In this document: piece by piece, positions 51,350 to 61,851 of the stretch
Position numbering within the stretch: position 1 is the stretch's first letter
How the letters are laid out: each line of letters begins with the position of its first letter
NCBI GenBank assembly: GCA_965215335.1
Contig: CBDCDA010000001.1
Span: forward strand, 1,120,001-1,184,000
Direction: 5' to 3'
DNA: 64,000 bases
Source of the DNA: an uncultured Candidatus Entotheonella sp.
Lineage (GTDB): Bacteria > Tectomicrobia > Entotheonellia > Entotheonellales > Entotheonellaceae
Position numbers and translations under genes: made by a program
The notes under the pieces: model-generated
The model's input: only the letters and a program-made list of their open reading frames with translations
Databases searched by the model: none
Told to the model about the DNA's origin: nothing

Positions 51350-52549
51350 ATGGCCGGTCCCTTGAAAGGCCTGAAGGTCCTCGAACTCATCCGCGTGCCC
51401 CCTGGCGCGTTTTGCACCATGATGCTCGCCGACATGGGCGCCGAAGTGGTGAAGATTGAAACGCCGGTGGCGGCGACACCGGAGCAGGTGGCACAAGCGG
51501 AACGGCGAGCGGCCTTTCAGTTTGTCAATCGTGGCAAGCGCAGCATCGCCATCAATCTGAAACAGCCGGATGGCCAGACGTTGCTGCATCAACTGGCGGC
51601 CGACGCCGACGTGCTGGTCGAAGGCTTCCGGCCCGGCGTCATGGCGCGCCTGGGCGGCGATCATGAGACGTTGAAGCGCGTCAACCCGCGCCTGATTTAC
51701 TGCTCGCTCAGCGGCTACGGGCAGGATGGCCCGTACCGCGACTTGCCGGCACACGACATCAATTTCCTGGCTATCGCCGGAGTGCTCGACCTGATCGGCG
51801 AGCCCGACCGGCCGCCGGCGGTCCCGCTCAACCTCATCGCCGATTACGCGGGCGCCTCCCTGCACGGCGCCGTGGGTATTCTCCTCGCCCTGCTGGCGCG
51901 GCGGCGCACCGGACGCGGGCAACTCGTCGACGTGTCGTACCTGGATACGTCCCTTGCCCTGCTGGCGGCCACGCCGATGATGCAGACTTTCCTTTGCGGC
52001 GGCTCCGATAGCCACCGCGGCGTCGGCCTGCTGGGGGGTTCGTATCCGTACTACACCACCTACGAAACCGCCGACGGCAAGGCGCTGGCGGTCGGTTGCA
52101 CGGATGCCGGGCAGTGGGACGCCTTCTGCAAGGCGATCGGACTGGCGGAATTGGCCAGAACCGGTCCCGACGAGGCGCCTCCGGGTCGTTTGGCAAGCGG
52201 CACGGTCCAAGCCGAGAAGTCAGCGGTGCAAGAGGTTCTGAAACGGCGGACACGGGACGAATGGGTCGCGATTTTCCAGGCCAAAAAGGTGAGCGTTGCG
52301 CCAGTGCACGCGGTGGACGAGGCGTTTGCCGACCCGCACGTTCTGTCCCGGCAGATGGCCGTCGATGTCGTGCACCCGCGTCATGACGCGGTGCGCCAGG
52401 CCGGCATCGCCATCAAATTGTCCGGCACACCAGGTAGCATTCGCGGCGCCGGGCCGGCGCCGGGCGAGCATACCGATGAGATTTTGCAGGCGCTCGGGCA
52501 TGACGAGACGAGCCGGGCAGCATTGCGCCAGGCCGGCACGGTGGCCTGA
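51350..52549 (+). CDS. CaiB/BaiF CoA-transferase family protein
   Basis: GPLKGLKVL, NRGKRSI, EGFRPGV, HDINF. Confidence 0.9.
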   Translation: MAGPLKGLKVLELIRVPPGAFCTMMLADMGAEVVKIETPVAATPEQVAQAERRAAFQFVNRGKRSIAINLKQPDGQTLLHQLAADADVLVEGFRPGVMARLGGDHETLKRVNPRLIYCSLSGYGQDGPYRDLPAHDINFLAIAGVLDLIGEPDRPPAVPLNLIADYAGASLHGAVGILLALLARRRTGRGQLVDVSYLDTSLALLAATPMMQTFLCGGSDSHRGVGLLGGSYPYYTTYETADGKALAVGCTDAGQWDAFCKAIGLAELARTGPDEAPPGRLASGTVQAEKSAVQEVLKRRTRDEWVAIFQAKKVSVAPVHAVDEAFADPHVLSRQMAVDVVHPRHDAVRQAGIAIKLSGTPGSIRGAGPAPGEHTDEILQALGHDETSRAALRQAGTVA

Positions 52550-52584
52550 CACACGCCAATTCGCAGGAGGACCAGGACCAGATA

Positions 52585-52935
52585 ATGAAAATCCACCGAC
52601 TGTACGAGGACGAGAAGGGTATCTCGCACTTTGAGGACGTCGATATCGACTACGTAGAGACGACCCGTGCGGGACGACTGTCGCAACGCCTGCCCGCCAC
52701 GGGTATCATCTTTCGGGAAGTTCCACCCGATTACGACCTCGACTGGCACCCGGCGCCGCGCCGCCAGTACATCATCAATCTCGATAACGGCGTGCAAATC
52801 ACCGCCAGCGACGGCGAGGCCCGCACGATCGCGGCAGGCGAGGTGGTTCTCGTCGAGGACACCACGGGCAAAGGGCATCTGAGCAAGGCGATCAATGATC
52901 GTATGCGCCATTGCATCTTTGTGACGCTGGATTGA
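52585..52935 (+). CDS. Small cupin-like protein
   Basis: WHPAPRRQY, EDTTGKGH; RBS AGGAGG. Confidence 0.8.
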   Translation: MKIHRLYEDEKGISHFEDVDIDYVETTRAGRLSQRLPATGIIFREVPPDYDLDWHPAPRRQYIINLDNGVQITASDGEARTIAAGEVVLVEDTTGKGHLSKAINDRMRHCIFVTLD

Positions 52936-53629
52936 AAGCGCCCTGCCGACTCGCTTGACGACGGTTCAACATGGCGTACCCGCCCAGGCCCAACAGCAGC
53001 GCCGCCAGCGCCATGAGGACGAGCATCCGCCAGTCACTCAAATAGGCGCCGAACGTCACCATCAAGACCGTCGCAGGGATGATGCCGACAGCCGTGGTCC
53101 AACTGAACCGCCACCAGCTGATCGTCGTCAGGCCGAGGGCGTAGTTGATCAGGTTGAAGGAGAGAACCGGCAGGAGACGTACGGCGATCAGGATGGGTAT
53201 GTCGATCTGTTGTAGCCACCGCTGCGCGCGCTCGAGTCTGGAGGGCTTGACCAGCAGGCGCAGCACGGGCTGCCCGAAGGCGCGAGCCAGCAGGAATCCC
53301 AGGTAGGCGCCCAGCATGCCGCCGGTCCAAATGGTGACGAATCCCCATAGCGGTCCGAGCGTCATGCCTGCCGCCAGGGCCAGGAACTCGGCCGGCACGG
53401 GCACCAGAGTGTGCAGGATCATCAGTCCGATGATGACAAGAGGCAGCCAGACGGGAGTGGCAGCGAGGAGACGTTGCACGCCCTCGGTGCTGGGATTGGT
53501 GACCAGCGCCCAGAGCATTTCCCTCAGCGGTGCCGATAACCCAACCAGCAAGAGCAGCCCCAGCAGTCCTGTCACCACGACCAGGCGTAGCGCCTGCCCA
53601 GGCAGGACCGGCAGCAGCCGTTTCTGCAT
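52892..53629 (-). CDS. TVP38/TMEM64 (VTT/DedA) family membrane protein
   Basis: PVPAEFLALAAG, RLLPVLSFNLINYALG, GIIP. Confidence 0.88.
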   Translation of the reverse strand: MQKRLLPVLPGQALRLVVVTGLLGLLLLVGLSAPLREMLWALVTNPSTEGVQRLLAATPVWLPLVIIGLMILHTLVPVPAEFLALAAGMTLGPLWGFVTIWTGGMLGAYLGFLLARAFGQPVLRLLVKPSRLERAQRWLQQIDIPILIAVRLLPVLSFNLINYALGLTTISWWRFSWTTAVGIIPATVLMVTFGAYLSDWRMLVLMALAALLLGLGGYAMLNRRQASRQGAFNPASQRCNGAYDH

Positions 53630-53680
53630 TGCCCGCGGCTCCTTCTTGTTCCGGCGTCCGTGGACCGCATCGACGAAAGC

Positions 53681-54442
53681 TCACCAAACGTTTTGCGGTA
53701 GAGGCAAGCCGGCAAGATCTTCGGCTGCCAACGGCTCCTCGGGCGTCACGCTCATCTGGTCGAGGAGCGCGTATAACTGTCGCAGATGTTGTGCCGTGTG
53801 CCACACGGTACGCTGGAAGAATGCCGCCGCTTGCTGTGGGCCGTAATACGTTTCCACCATCCCATCGAACGCCTCGGGTCGGTCCCACCAGTCGTGCAGA
53901 CGGTTGCGCACCCTCTCCCCGTACCGCGCGATGGCTGCCATGTCGGGCATGTGCGGTGGCGGTTGTTCCTCAAACCAGGCTTCCGGGAGGTAACCCTGCT
54001 CCACGGCGTCCCGGTACGCCTGGCCAATCCGAAACAGGTGATAAGCGAGTTGATGCACCGAGCGGTCGCGTCCCGGCGTCTGCAGGTGCAGGTACCGGGC
54101 CGGAACCTGCAGGACGGCCCGTTGCGCGGCCCGCAGAATCGCGTCGAGGCGCGCCTTCAGTTCAGGTAATGGCAACGCCAAGGCATCGTCATGGGTTGCC
54201 CCGACCAGGCCCGCCACCGCTGCCGGATTCCAACCCTGCACCGCGTGGCCTCCAACGATTACCGCCGGCACCCGCGTGATCCCATGCCCGTGCAGCACCT
54301 CCATCGCCTCCGGCTGTACCTCGACATCGATCGCCTCGAAATCGACCTTCCACGACGCAAGCAGCTCTTCCAGAGCGCGGCAAGAACTTCAACCCATCCG
54401 CTTGTAGAGCCGCACGGTATCCACGTGTTTCTGCTCCAGCAT
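53681..54442 (-). CDS. Probable selenoprotein: glutaredoxin-like (UxxC) domain fused to a DinB-family domain
   Basis: GGAGGAG-N8-ATG at 54442; VRLYKRMG-TGA-SSC (codon 18, 54391-54389) is in frame with the track ORF 54304..53681; RVPAV cis-Pro motif; DinB His residues (AYHLF, HTAQH). Confidence 0.8.
54364..54376 (-). promoter_or_regulatory. Candidate bacterial SECIS hairpin
   Basis: GCUCU-GGA-AGAGC stem-loop starting 12 nt after the in-frame UGA. Confidence 0.5.
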
Positions 54443-54584
54443 GCGAAACGCTCCTCCACGTGTAGCCTGTCGAGGCTGTTGACCCGTGAGCAACCCCGGC
54501 AAAGGGCATGGACATTAAAGCTGATTCCATACGCAAATCAAAAGGGATGCGCCCTTGGGGTACCCCTTGGGTGCCACGCCATCG

Positions 54585-55157
54585 CTAGGCGTGTCGCCAA
54601 CTGCGCACGGGGCCCGTATCGATGTGGACGTATCTGGATCTCGGGTAGTAACCAACACCGCCCTGCTCGAGGTCCAGAGCCGCGCGGCGGATGGACTTGG
54701 CGCTGTGGCCGACAATGCGGATGTCCACCGCCTTGCCCTTGACGTGGAAACTGCCCTTGGCGGCGGCCGAATTACGGCGTCGCAACCGGTCGTTGGTGGC
54801 CGGGGAACGGTAGCCGGATATGATGTCGATCGTACGCTTGGCCTCGAGCTTCCTGGCGATGTCGTGGATGAAGTGAAACAGCTGGGGATCGATTTCGGTC
54901 ACTTTGCCGTTGTGCGGATCCCGTAGGAAATGATTGAGCGCTTTCAACGCATCGGGCACGTACTCGCCTTTCTCCCAATACTCTATGCTGATGTTCTCGC
55001 CAGTCAGGGCGTTGTGCAAATCCAGGGATCGCTTGATGTGATGCGACCACCCCAAGGATGGGGAAAGACCCGCCGCAATGAGCAGGGTACCCGTTCGGAG
55101 GACTTGTCGGCGACTCAGCCCGCGCGTCTGCGCGGCTCGGCTCCTGGGACGTGTCAC
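54585..55157 (-). CDS. YcbK/DUF882 (peptidase M15-like) Tat-exported protein
   Basis: SRRQVL Tat motif, LNHFLRD, ISGYRSP, SFHVKGKAVDI, YVHIDTG. Confidence 0.88.
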   Translation of the reverse strand: MTRPRSRAAQTRGLSRRQVLRTGTLLIAAGLSPSLGWSHHIKRSLDLHNALTGENISIEYWEKGEYVPDALKALNHFLRDPHNGKVTEIDPQLFHFIHDIARKLEAKRTIDIISGYRSPATNDRLRRRNSAAAKGSFHVKGKAVDIRIVGHSAKSIRRAALDLEQGGVGYYPRSRYVHIDTGPVRSWRHA

Positions 55158-55412
55158 CAGACCCCCTTCGATTTTGCAGGGTGTTCGTGAAGGTTGTGGG
55201 AAAGGCCGAGGATCGAACAACACCTCCGATAGCCTGAAGGTGAGGCCACCTTATCCAGTCAAAATGAGATTGTCAAGCACGTTGTCCAGGCTTGAGCCGC
55301 ACCGCCGTATTCGCTATTGTTTGCGAATCGACACACGGGCCGGGCGGGTGGCAACGCCGGAGCGTCGTGCGCCCCAAGCCCGTCATGAGCTACCACGGCA
55401 AGAGGAGCCGAC

Positions 55413-56678
<1,266 letters not shown>

Positions 56679-56734
56679 CCTCGCCTGATGTCTCGCCGCC
56701 TCGCGGCGGCGGCCTTGCGCGGTGCCGCGTAGTA

Positions 56735-58285
56735 TCACAGTCCGTGCGGTTGCTCATGCCGCATATCCCGCAAAATGGCCCGGGCGCAGTTGTGCCCCGG
56801 AGCACCGGTGATTTCGCCGCCCGGATGGGTGCCGGCGCCGCACAGGTACAGCTGAGCTATCGGCGCGCGATAGGCCACCCGGCGCGAGAGCGCCTGGCTC
56901 GGCACCACGTCGATGTGGCGAATGTTGCCGTCGGTCATGCCGACGGCGGTTTCGATATCCGCCGGGGTGCGGAGCGTCCAGGCAATCAGGACATCCCGGA
57001 AGTTGGGCGCGTATTGGCAGAGCGCGGAGATAATTGACCCCGCAACGCGCTCCCGCGCCTCGTCCCACGACTCGCCCACCGGATGCCGCGGGTAGTACAG
57101 GGTCCAGCACGACACGACGTGCTGCCCCGGCGGCGCCAGGGTGGCGTCCCAGACAGAGGGAATCTGCATGCGGATGAGGGGGTGGGCGGCGGGCCGGCCC
57201 TGCTTGCAGGCGTCCCAGCTTGCCTGGAAGTAGGCGACCGACGGACAGATGCGCACGTAAGTCGCCAGCTTCGGGTCGTAACCGGCGCCCAAATGGCGGG
57301 AAAAGTCGGGCAGGTCGCTCAGCGCCGCCAGGAATTTGACGCAGTTGGCTCGCGTCCGCAGGTTGGCGATGCGCCGCCGGAAACCGGCGTCGAGTGTCTG
57401 CGCGTCCACCAGGCTCAGATAGGTGCGCTTGGGGTCGGCGTTCGACACCACCACCGCGCTGCGGATTTCCTCACCGCCGACCAGCCGGACGCCGCGCGCC
57501 GCGCCATTCTCGACCAAGACCCGTTCGACGCTCACCCCGGTGCGAATCTCGACGCCGCGCGCCTGCGCCGCACCCGCTAGCGCCGCGGCCACGGCGTTCA
57601 TGCCGCCCTTGGGGATGCCAAAATACTCGGGTTTGTTGAAGCGCCGCATCCACATGACGTACGCGACGCTGAACACGCTGCCCGGCGCGCTCGGATCGCC
57701 CATGTCTTGCGCCTCGACGAAGAACGCCTTCACCCGCTCGTCCTCGAAATACAGGTCGAGCAGGTCGCTGACACCGACCGTCAGCATGGTTTCCCACACG
57801 TCCTCGTCAGGGGTGCCGCGCACGTCCGCCGTCACCTGCGCAAAGGTGGGCGGCTCGGTGAAGAAATAGCGGTACAGAATGCCGGCGGCGCGTTCCCAGA
57901 AGGCGTTCCACGCCGGGAAGGCCCTGGCGTCGCGCTCGCAGAGGCGCCGGATGCCGTCGTGCGTCTGGTGGTCGTCGTGCCAGGACATCAGGTGCGAGCC
58001 GTCCGGGAAGGGCTGGAAGGCCATCGGGTCATAGCGATAGGTGGCGTAGCCGTGGCGCGGCAGGTCGAGTTCTTCGATCACCTTGCCCTGGAACATGTGG
58101 CAGACGTATGGGCAATACGGCACCGTGAAGCCGGGGTGAATCGCTTCGCCGAAGATGGCGCCGCCGGTGCGCTCGAGCCGCTCCAGCACCAGTACGGACA
58201 ACCCCGCCTGGGCCAGATAACTGCCGCATACCAGGCCGTTGTGCCCGGCGCCGATGACGATTGCGTCGTACTGGGTTTCCCCCAC
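56735..58285 (-). CDS. FAD-dependent oxidoreductase, phytoene-desaturase superfamily
   Basis: IGAGHNGL, GGMNAV, VSNADP, LYLCGAGTHPGGEITGAPG. Confidence 0.88.
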   Translation of the reverse strand: MGETQYDAIVIGAGHNGLVCGSYLAQAGLSVLVLERLERTGGAIFGEAIHPGFTVPYCPYVCHMFQGKVIEELDLPRHGYATYRYDPMAFQPFPDGSHLMSWHDDHQTHDGIRRLCERDARAFPAWNAFWERAAGILYRYFFTEPPTFAQVTADVRGTPDEDVWETMLTVGVSDLLDLYFEDERVKAFFVEAQDMGDPSAPGSVFSVAYVMWMRRFNKPEYFGIPKGGMNAVAAALAGAAQARGVEIRTGVSVERVLVENGAARGVRLVGGEEIRSAVVVSNADPKRTYLSLVDAQTLDAGFRRRIANLRTRANCVKFLAALSDLPDFSRHLGAGYDPKLATYVRICPSVAYFQASWDACKQGRPAAHPLIRMQIPSVWDATLAPPGQHVVSCWTLYYPRHPVGESWDEARERVAGSIISALCQYAPNFRDVLIAWTLRTPADIETAVGMTDGNIRHIDVVPSQALSRRVAYRAPIAQLYLCGAGTHPGGEITGAPGHNCARAILRDMRHEQPHGL

Positions 58286-58422
58286 GCCCTGTCCTCCCTG
58301 TCTACGTGCCGCTACCCTGCCGCGTCGGGGTTGACACCGTCGGACAATGTTTCTACGCTCAACGCGTCGAACGACGACCGCTGGGATTCTCCCTCAGATT
58401 TCCTCAAGGCAGACGGCACCCG

Positions 58423-58839
58423 ATGAATCCATTCAACCTGCCGGTACGGGAAGCCTCCTCCCTGGATGCGATCTACGCCACCATTGGGGAGGAAGGCATC
58501 ACCCGCATCACCGAATCGTTCTATCAGCAAGTCGCCACCGACGACCTGCTCGCCCCGATGTATCCCAAGGACGACCTGCAAGGCTCGGAGCAGCGCCTGC
58601 GCGATTTCCTCGTTTATCGTTTCGGCGGTCCGCAGCGCTACATCGAGACGCGCGGGCATCCGCGCCTGCGCCTGCGGCACGCGCCCTTCCCGGTCGACCA
58701 GCGCGCCCGCGACCGCTGGATCTCGCTCATGGACAACGCCCTGCAAGCCGCAGCGCTGCCCGACGACATCACCGCCACGCTGCAGGACTTCTTCCGCCAC
58801 GTCGCCACGTTCCTGATCAACCGTGACACAGGCGCCTGA
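58423..58839 (+). CDS. Group II truncated hemoglobin
   Basis: FYQQV, LAPMYP, FGGPQRY, RGHPRLRLRH. Confidence 0.9.
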   Translation: MNPFNLPVREASSLDAIYATIGEEGITRITESFYQQVATDDLLAPMYPKDDLQGSEQRLRDFLVYRFGGPQRYIETRGHPRLRLRHAPFPVDQRARDRWISLMDNALQAAALPDDITATLQDFFRHVATFLINRDTGA

Positions 58840-58875
58840 GCACCCTCACACGCACACCCGACAGAAGGAAGCACC

Positions 58876-59544
58876 ATGCGGTTTTCCAAATGCCTGCGCC
58901 AACAGGCAGACCCCATATTCGAGGCCATTTTCGCCCACCCCTTCGTTCGCGGCATCGCCAGCGGCGACCTCACCAGCGAGCAGCTTGCCCATTACGTGAA
59001 GCAGGATTTTCAATACCTCAACGTCTTCTGTCAAATCTACGGACTGGCCATCGCCAAGTCCCCGACGCGCGAGGACATGGCTTTTTTTCACCAGCGCCTG
59101 ACGTTCATCCTGCACAGCGAAACCCACCCACACCACAATTTCGCCGAGGTCGCCGGCTACAAGCTGGAGGACCTGGCCCACGCCGACCTGCTGCCCACGT
59201 CGCGCAACTACACGCGCCACATGCTGCACGTGGCCCACAGCGGTACGCTGGGAGAGATCCTCGCGGTCCTGCTGCCCTGCCCGCTCACCTATTGGGAGAT
59301 CGGCCTCAAGCTGCAGCAGGAGGTGAAGCCCGACGACAGCCACCCGTTCAAGCCGTGGATCGATTTCTACGCGGCGCACGCCAGCGAGGAAATCAGCGAG
59401 CTGTTCCTCGGCCGGCTCGACGCTTGCGCCGAGCAGGCCCACGCCGCGGAAAAGGCACGCATGGCGGATCACTTCCTCACCAGCTGCCGGATGGAATATA
59501 TGTTCTGGGACATGGCCTATCATCTCGAATCCTGGCCGGTGTGA
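58876..59544 (+). CDS. tenA: Thiaminase II
   Basis: HPFVRGI, YVKQDFQYL, LLPC (catalytic Cys), WIDFY, EYMFWDMAY. Confidence 0.9.
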   Translation: MRFSKCLRQQADPIFEAIFAHPFVRGIASGDLTSEQLAHYVKQDFQYLNVFCQIYGLAIAKSPTREDMAFFHQRLTFILHSETHPHHNFAEVAGYKLEDLAHADLLPTSRNYTRHMLHVAHSGTLGEILAVLLPCPLTYWEIGLKLQQEVKPDDSHPFKPWIDFYAAHASEEISELFLGRLDACAEQAHAAEKARMADHFLTSCRMEYMFWDMAYHLESWPV

Positions 59545-59601
59545 CGGCCCGTCTCCTTCTTCCCCTGATCAGAACCGCTGACCTCCGCTTGGGACCTCGG
59601 C

Positions 59602-60273
59602 ATGCGGCTTCTCGTGATCGAAGACGAACAGAAGGTGGCCAACTTCATCAGGCGGGGTCTGGAAGAGGAAGGCTACGCGGTGGACCACGCCGCCGACGGG
59701 GCCAACGGCTTGCAGATGGCGCTGGAGAGGTTGCACGACGTCATCGTGCTGGACGTCATGCTGCCGAAGCTCGATGGCCTGAGCGTCCTGCAACAACTGC
59801 GGCAAGACAACGTCACCACGCCGGTGCTGCTGCTGACCGTGCGCGCTACCATCGAGGACAAGGTCCTGGGGCTCGACGCCGGCGCCGACGACTACCTGAC
59901 CAAGCCGTTCGCCTTCGAGGAGTTCGTCGCCCGCGTGCGGGCCTTGCTGCGGCGCCGGGCCGAAACCGCGCCGCCCGTCCTGCAGGTCGCCGACCTGGCG
60001 CTCGACCCGGCGCGCCGCGTGGTGTCACGCGGCGACAAGAAGATCGAGCTGACCCCCCGCGAATTCGCGCTGCTCGACTATTTCATGCGCAACCCCGGCC
60101 GGGTGCTCACCCGCACCATGATCGCCAACCGCGTGTGGGATTACACCTTCGACGCTACCACCAACGTCATCGACGTGTACGTCAATTACCTGCGCAAGAA
60201 GATCGACACCGGGCACGACACCAGGCTGCTCCACACCGTGCGGGGCGTCGGCTACGTCATGAAAGTGCCCTGA
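59602..60273 (+). CDS. OmpR/PhoB-family response regulator
   Basis: IEDE, LDVMLP, GADDYLTKPF, TVRGVGY. Confidence 0.95.
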   Translation: MRLLVIEDEQKVANFIRRGLEEEGYAVDHAADGANGLQMALERLHDVIVLDVMLPKLDGLSVLQQLRQDNVTTPVLLLTVRATIEDKVLGLDAGADDYLTKPFAFEEFVARVRALLRRRAETAPPVLQVADLALDPARRVVSRGDKKIELTPREFALLDYFMRNPGRVLTRTMIANRVWDYTFDATTNVIDVYVNYLRKKIDTGHDTRLLHTVRGVGYVMKVP

Positions 60274-60276
60274 GCC

Positions 60277-61683
60277 ATGCCGGCCCTCTCCATTCGCGCC
60301 CGCCTCACCCTGTGGTATTCCGCCCTGCTGACCGTCACCGTGCTCATTCTGGCCGGCGCGGCATACGCCCTGCTGTGGTACGGCAGCATGCAGGACATGG
60401 ACGACGCCCTGCAAGGCGTGGCGCGGGCTCTGGAACGGCAGGCGCCGCGGCGCGGCAACCCGTGGGTGCCGGCGGACGTCGACGCGCTGTTCCGGCGTTT
60501 CTTCGGCTTTTCGCCCTGGGACCGCTACGCGCAGCGGCGCGATCTGGTGCCCCCCCGCGACTCGCGCCGCCGCCAGGCGGCGCGTCCGGGCTCGTTGCCG
60601 CTCAGCGCCGCGGCGCGGCGTAATGCCGCTGCCGGCCGCGAGACGTACGAGACGGTGGAAGGCTTGGCGAACTATCCGGTGCGGCTCCTCACCAAACCGG
60701 TGTTCACCGGGCGGGCGCGCAGCGTCATCCAGGTGGGCATGTCGCAAGAAAACCTGTACGCCACGCGGCGCCGTTTCCTGTGGGTGATGGCGGCGGTGCT
60801 GCCGCTCGGCCTGCTGCTGGCGACCGGGGGCGGCTGGGCGCTGGCGCGGCGGGCGCTCGCCCCGGTCGATCACATGGCGGCGGCGGCGCGGCGCATCAGC
60901 GCCGCGCATCTGGCCGAACGCCTCGAGGAAAGCGGCGCCGGCGATGAGATGGACCGGCTCTCCGGGGTGCTGAACGCCATGCTCGAACGCCTCGACCTGT
61001 CGTTTCGCCAGATGCGCCAGTTCAGCGCCGATGCTTCGCACGAGCTGCAGACGCCCCTGACCATTCTGCAGGGTGAATTGGAGGTGGCCCTGCGCAGCCC
61101 GCGCACCCCGGAGGCGTACCGGGAGGTTATCCAGAGCGCCCTGCAAGAGATCGAGCGCATGGCCGTGCTGGTGGAGGGATTGTTGCTGCTGGCGCGCGCC
61201 GATGCCGGCATGCTGCGGCTGGACCTGAAGCCGATGGACGTGGCACAGTTGCTCGCCGAGGTGTACGAGCGCACGCAGATTCTGGCGCAGTCGCGTGCGC
61301 TCACCCTCGACCTCGAAACCCTTGAACCGCACACCGTCTCTGGTGACCGCGAGCGGCTGCGGCGCGTGCTGTTCAACCTCGTGGACAACGCCGTCAAATA
61401 CACCCCCGCCGGGGGCCGTGTCACCCTGTCGCTGCAGCGGCGTGACGGGCATGTCTGCCTGTCGGTGCAGGACACCGGCATCGGCCTGTCGGACGCCGAA
61501 CGGGAACACATCTTCCAGCGCTTCCACCGCGCCGGTTCGGCCCGCGACCACGGCACCCAGGGCTCCGGGCTGGGCCTGTGCATCGCCCGCTCCATCGTCG
61601 AGGCGCACGGCGGCGTGCTGCAGGTCGCCAGCCGCCCCGGCGCGGGCAGCACCTTCACGGTATGCCTGCCGCAGGCGGCTTGA
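60277..61683 (+). CDS. Sensor histidine kinase (HAMP-HisKA-HATPase)
   Basis: Two TM segments, ASHELQTPL, NLVDNAVKY, DTGIG, GSGLGL. Confidence 0.95.
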   Translation: MPALSIRARLTLWYSALLTVTVLILAGAAYALLWYGSMQDMDDALQGVARALERQAPRRGNPWVPADVDALFRRFFGFSPWDRYAQRRDLVPPRDSRRRQAARPGSLPLSAAARRNAAAGRETYETVEGLANYPVRLLTKPVFTGRARSVIQVGMSQENLYATRRRFLWVMAAVLPLGLLLATGGGWALARRALAPVDHMAAAARRISAAHLAERLEESGAGDEMDRLSGVLNAMLERLDLSFRQMRQFSADASHELQTPLTILQGELEVALRSPRTPEAYREVIQSALQEIERMAVLVEGLLLLARADAGMLRLDLKPMDVAQLLAEVYERTQILAQSRALTLDLETLEPHTVSGDRERLRRVLFNLVDNAVKYTPAGGRVTLSLQRRDGHVCLSVQDTGIGLSDAEREHIFQRFHRAGSARDHGTQGSGLGLCIARSIVEAHGGVLQVASRPGAGSTFTVCLPQAA

Positions 61684-61713
61684 TGGCCGCCTGATGAGAA
61701 ATTTCCAAGCGTT

Positions 61714-61753
61714 CTCTCATTCACTTCTTATTGCCCTCTCATCTGGTTTTCAC
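61714..61753 (+). promoter_or_regulatory. Four 11-bp-period direct repeats, putative response-regulator binding site
   Basis: CTCTCAT-N4-TTCTTAT-N4-CTCTCAT-N4-TTTTCAC upstream of the protease gene. Confidence 0.6.
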
Positions 61754-61851
61754 CCCGCCGTGTCATATTCCCCTCCGTAGCAGCAGAACCGGCACGCCGC
61801 GCCAGGCAGGGCCGGCTGGCCACATCCAGTGCTTCATCAACGGAGGTTGAC

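Noticed and set aside
55225..55412. SAH riboswitch upstream of ahcY
   Set aside because: GGAGCG and CAGGCT-like pieces occur, but in the wrong order and without the expected stems.
56735..58285. Carotenoid biosynthesis (crtI)
   Set aside because: No crtB or crtE nearby; it looks like the broad non-carotenoid subfamily.
58840..58875. TPP riboswitch before tenA
   Set aside because: The gap is only 36 nt and has no CTGAGA core.
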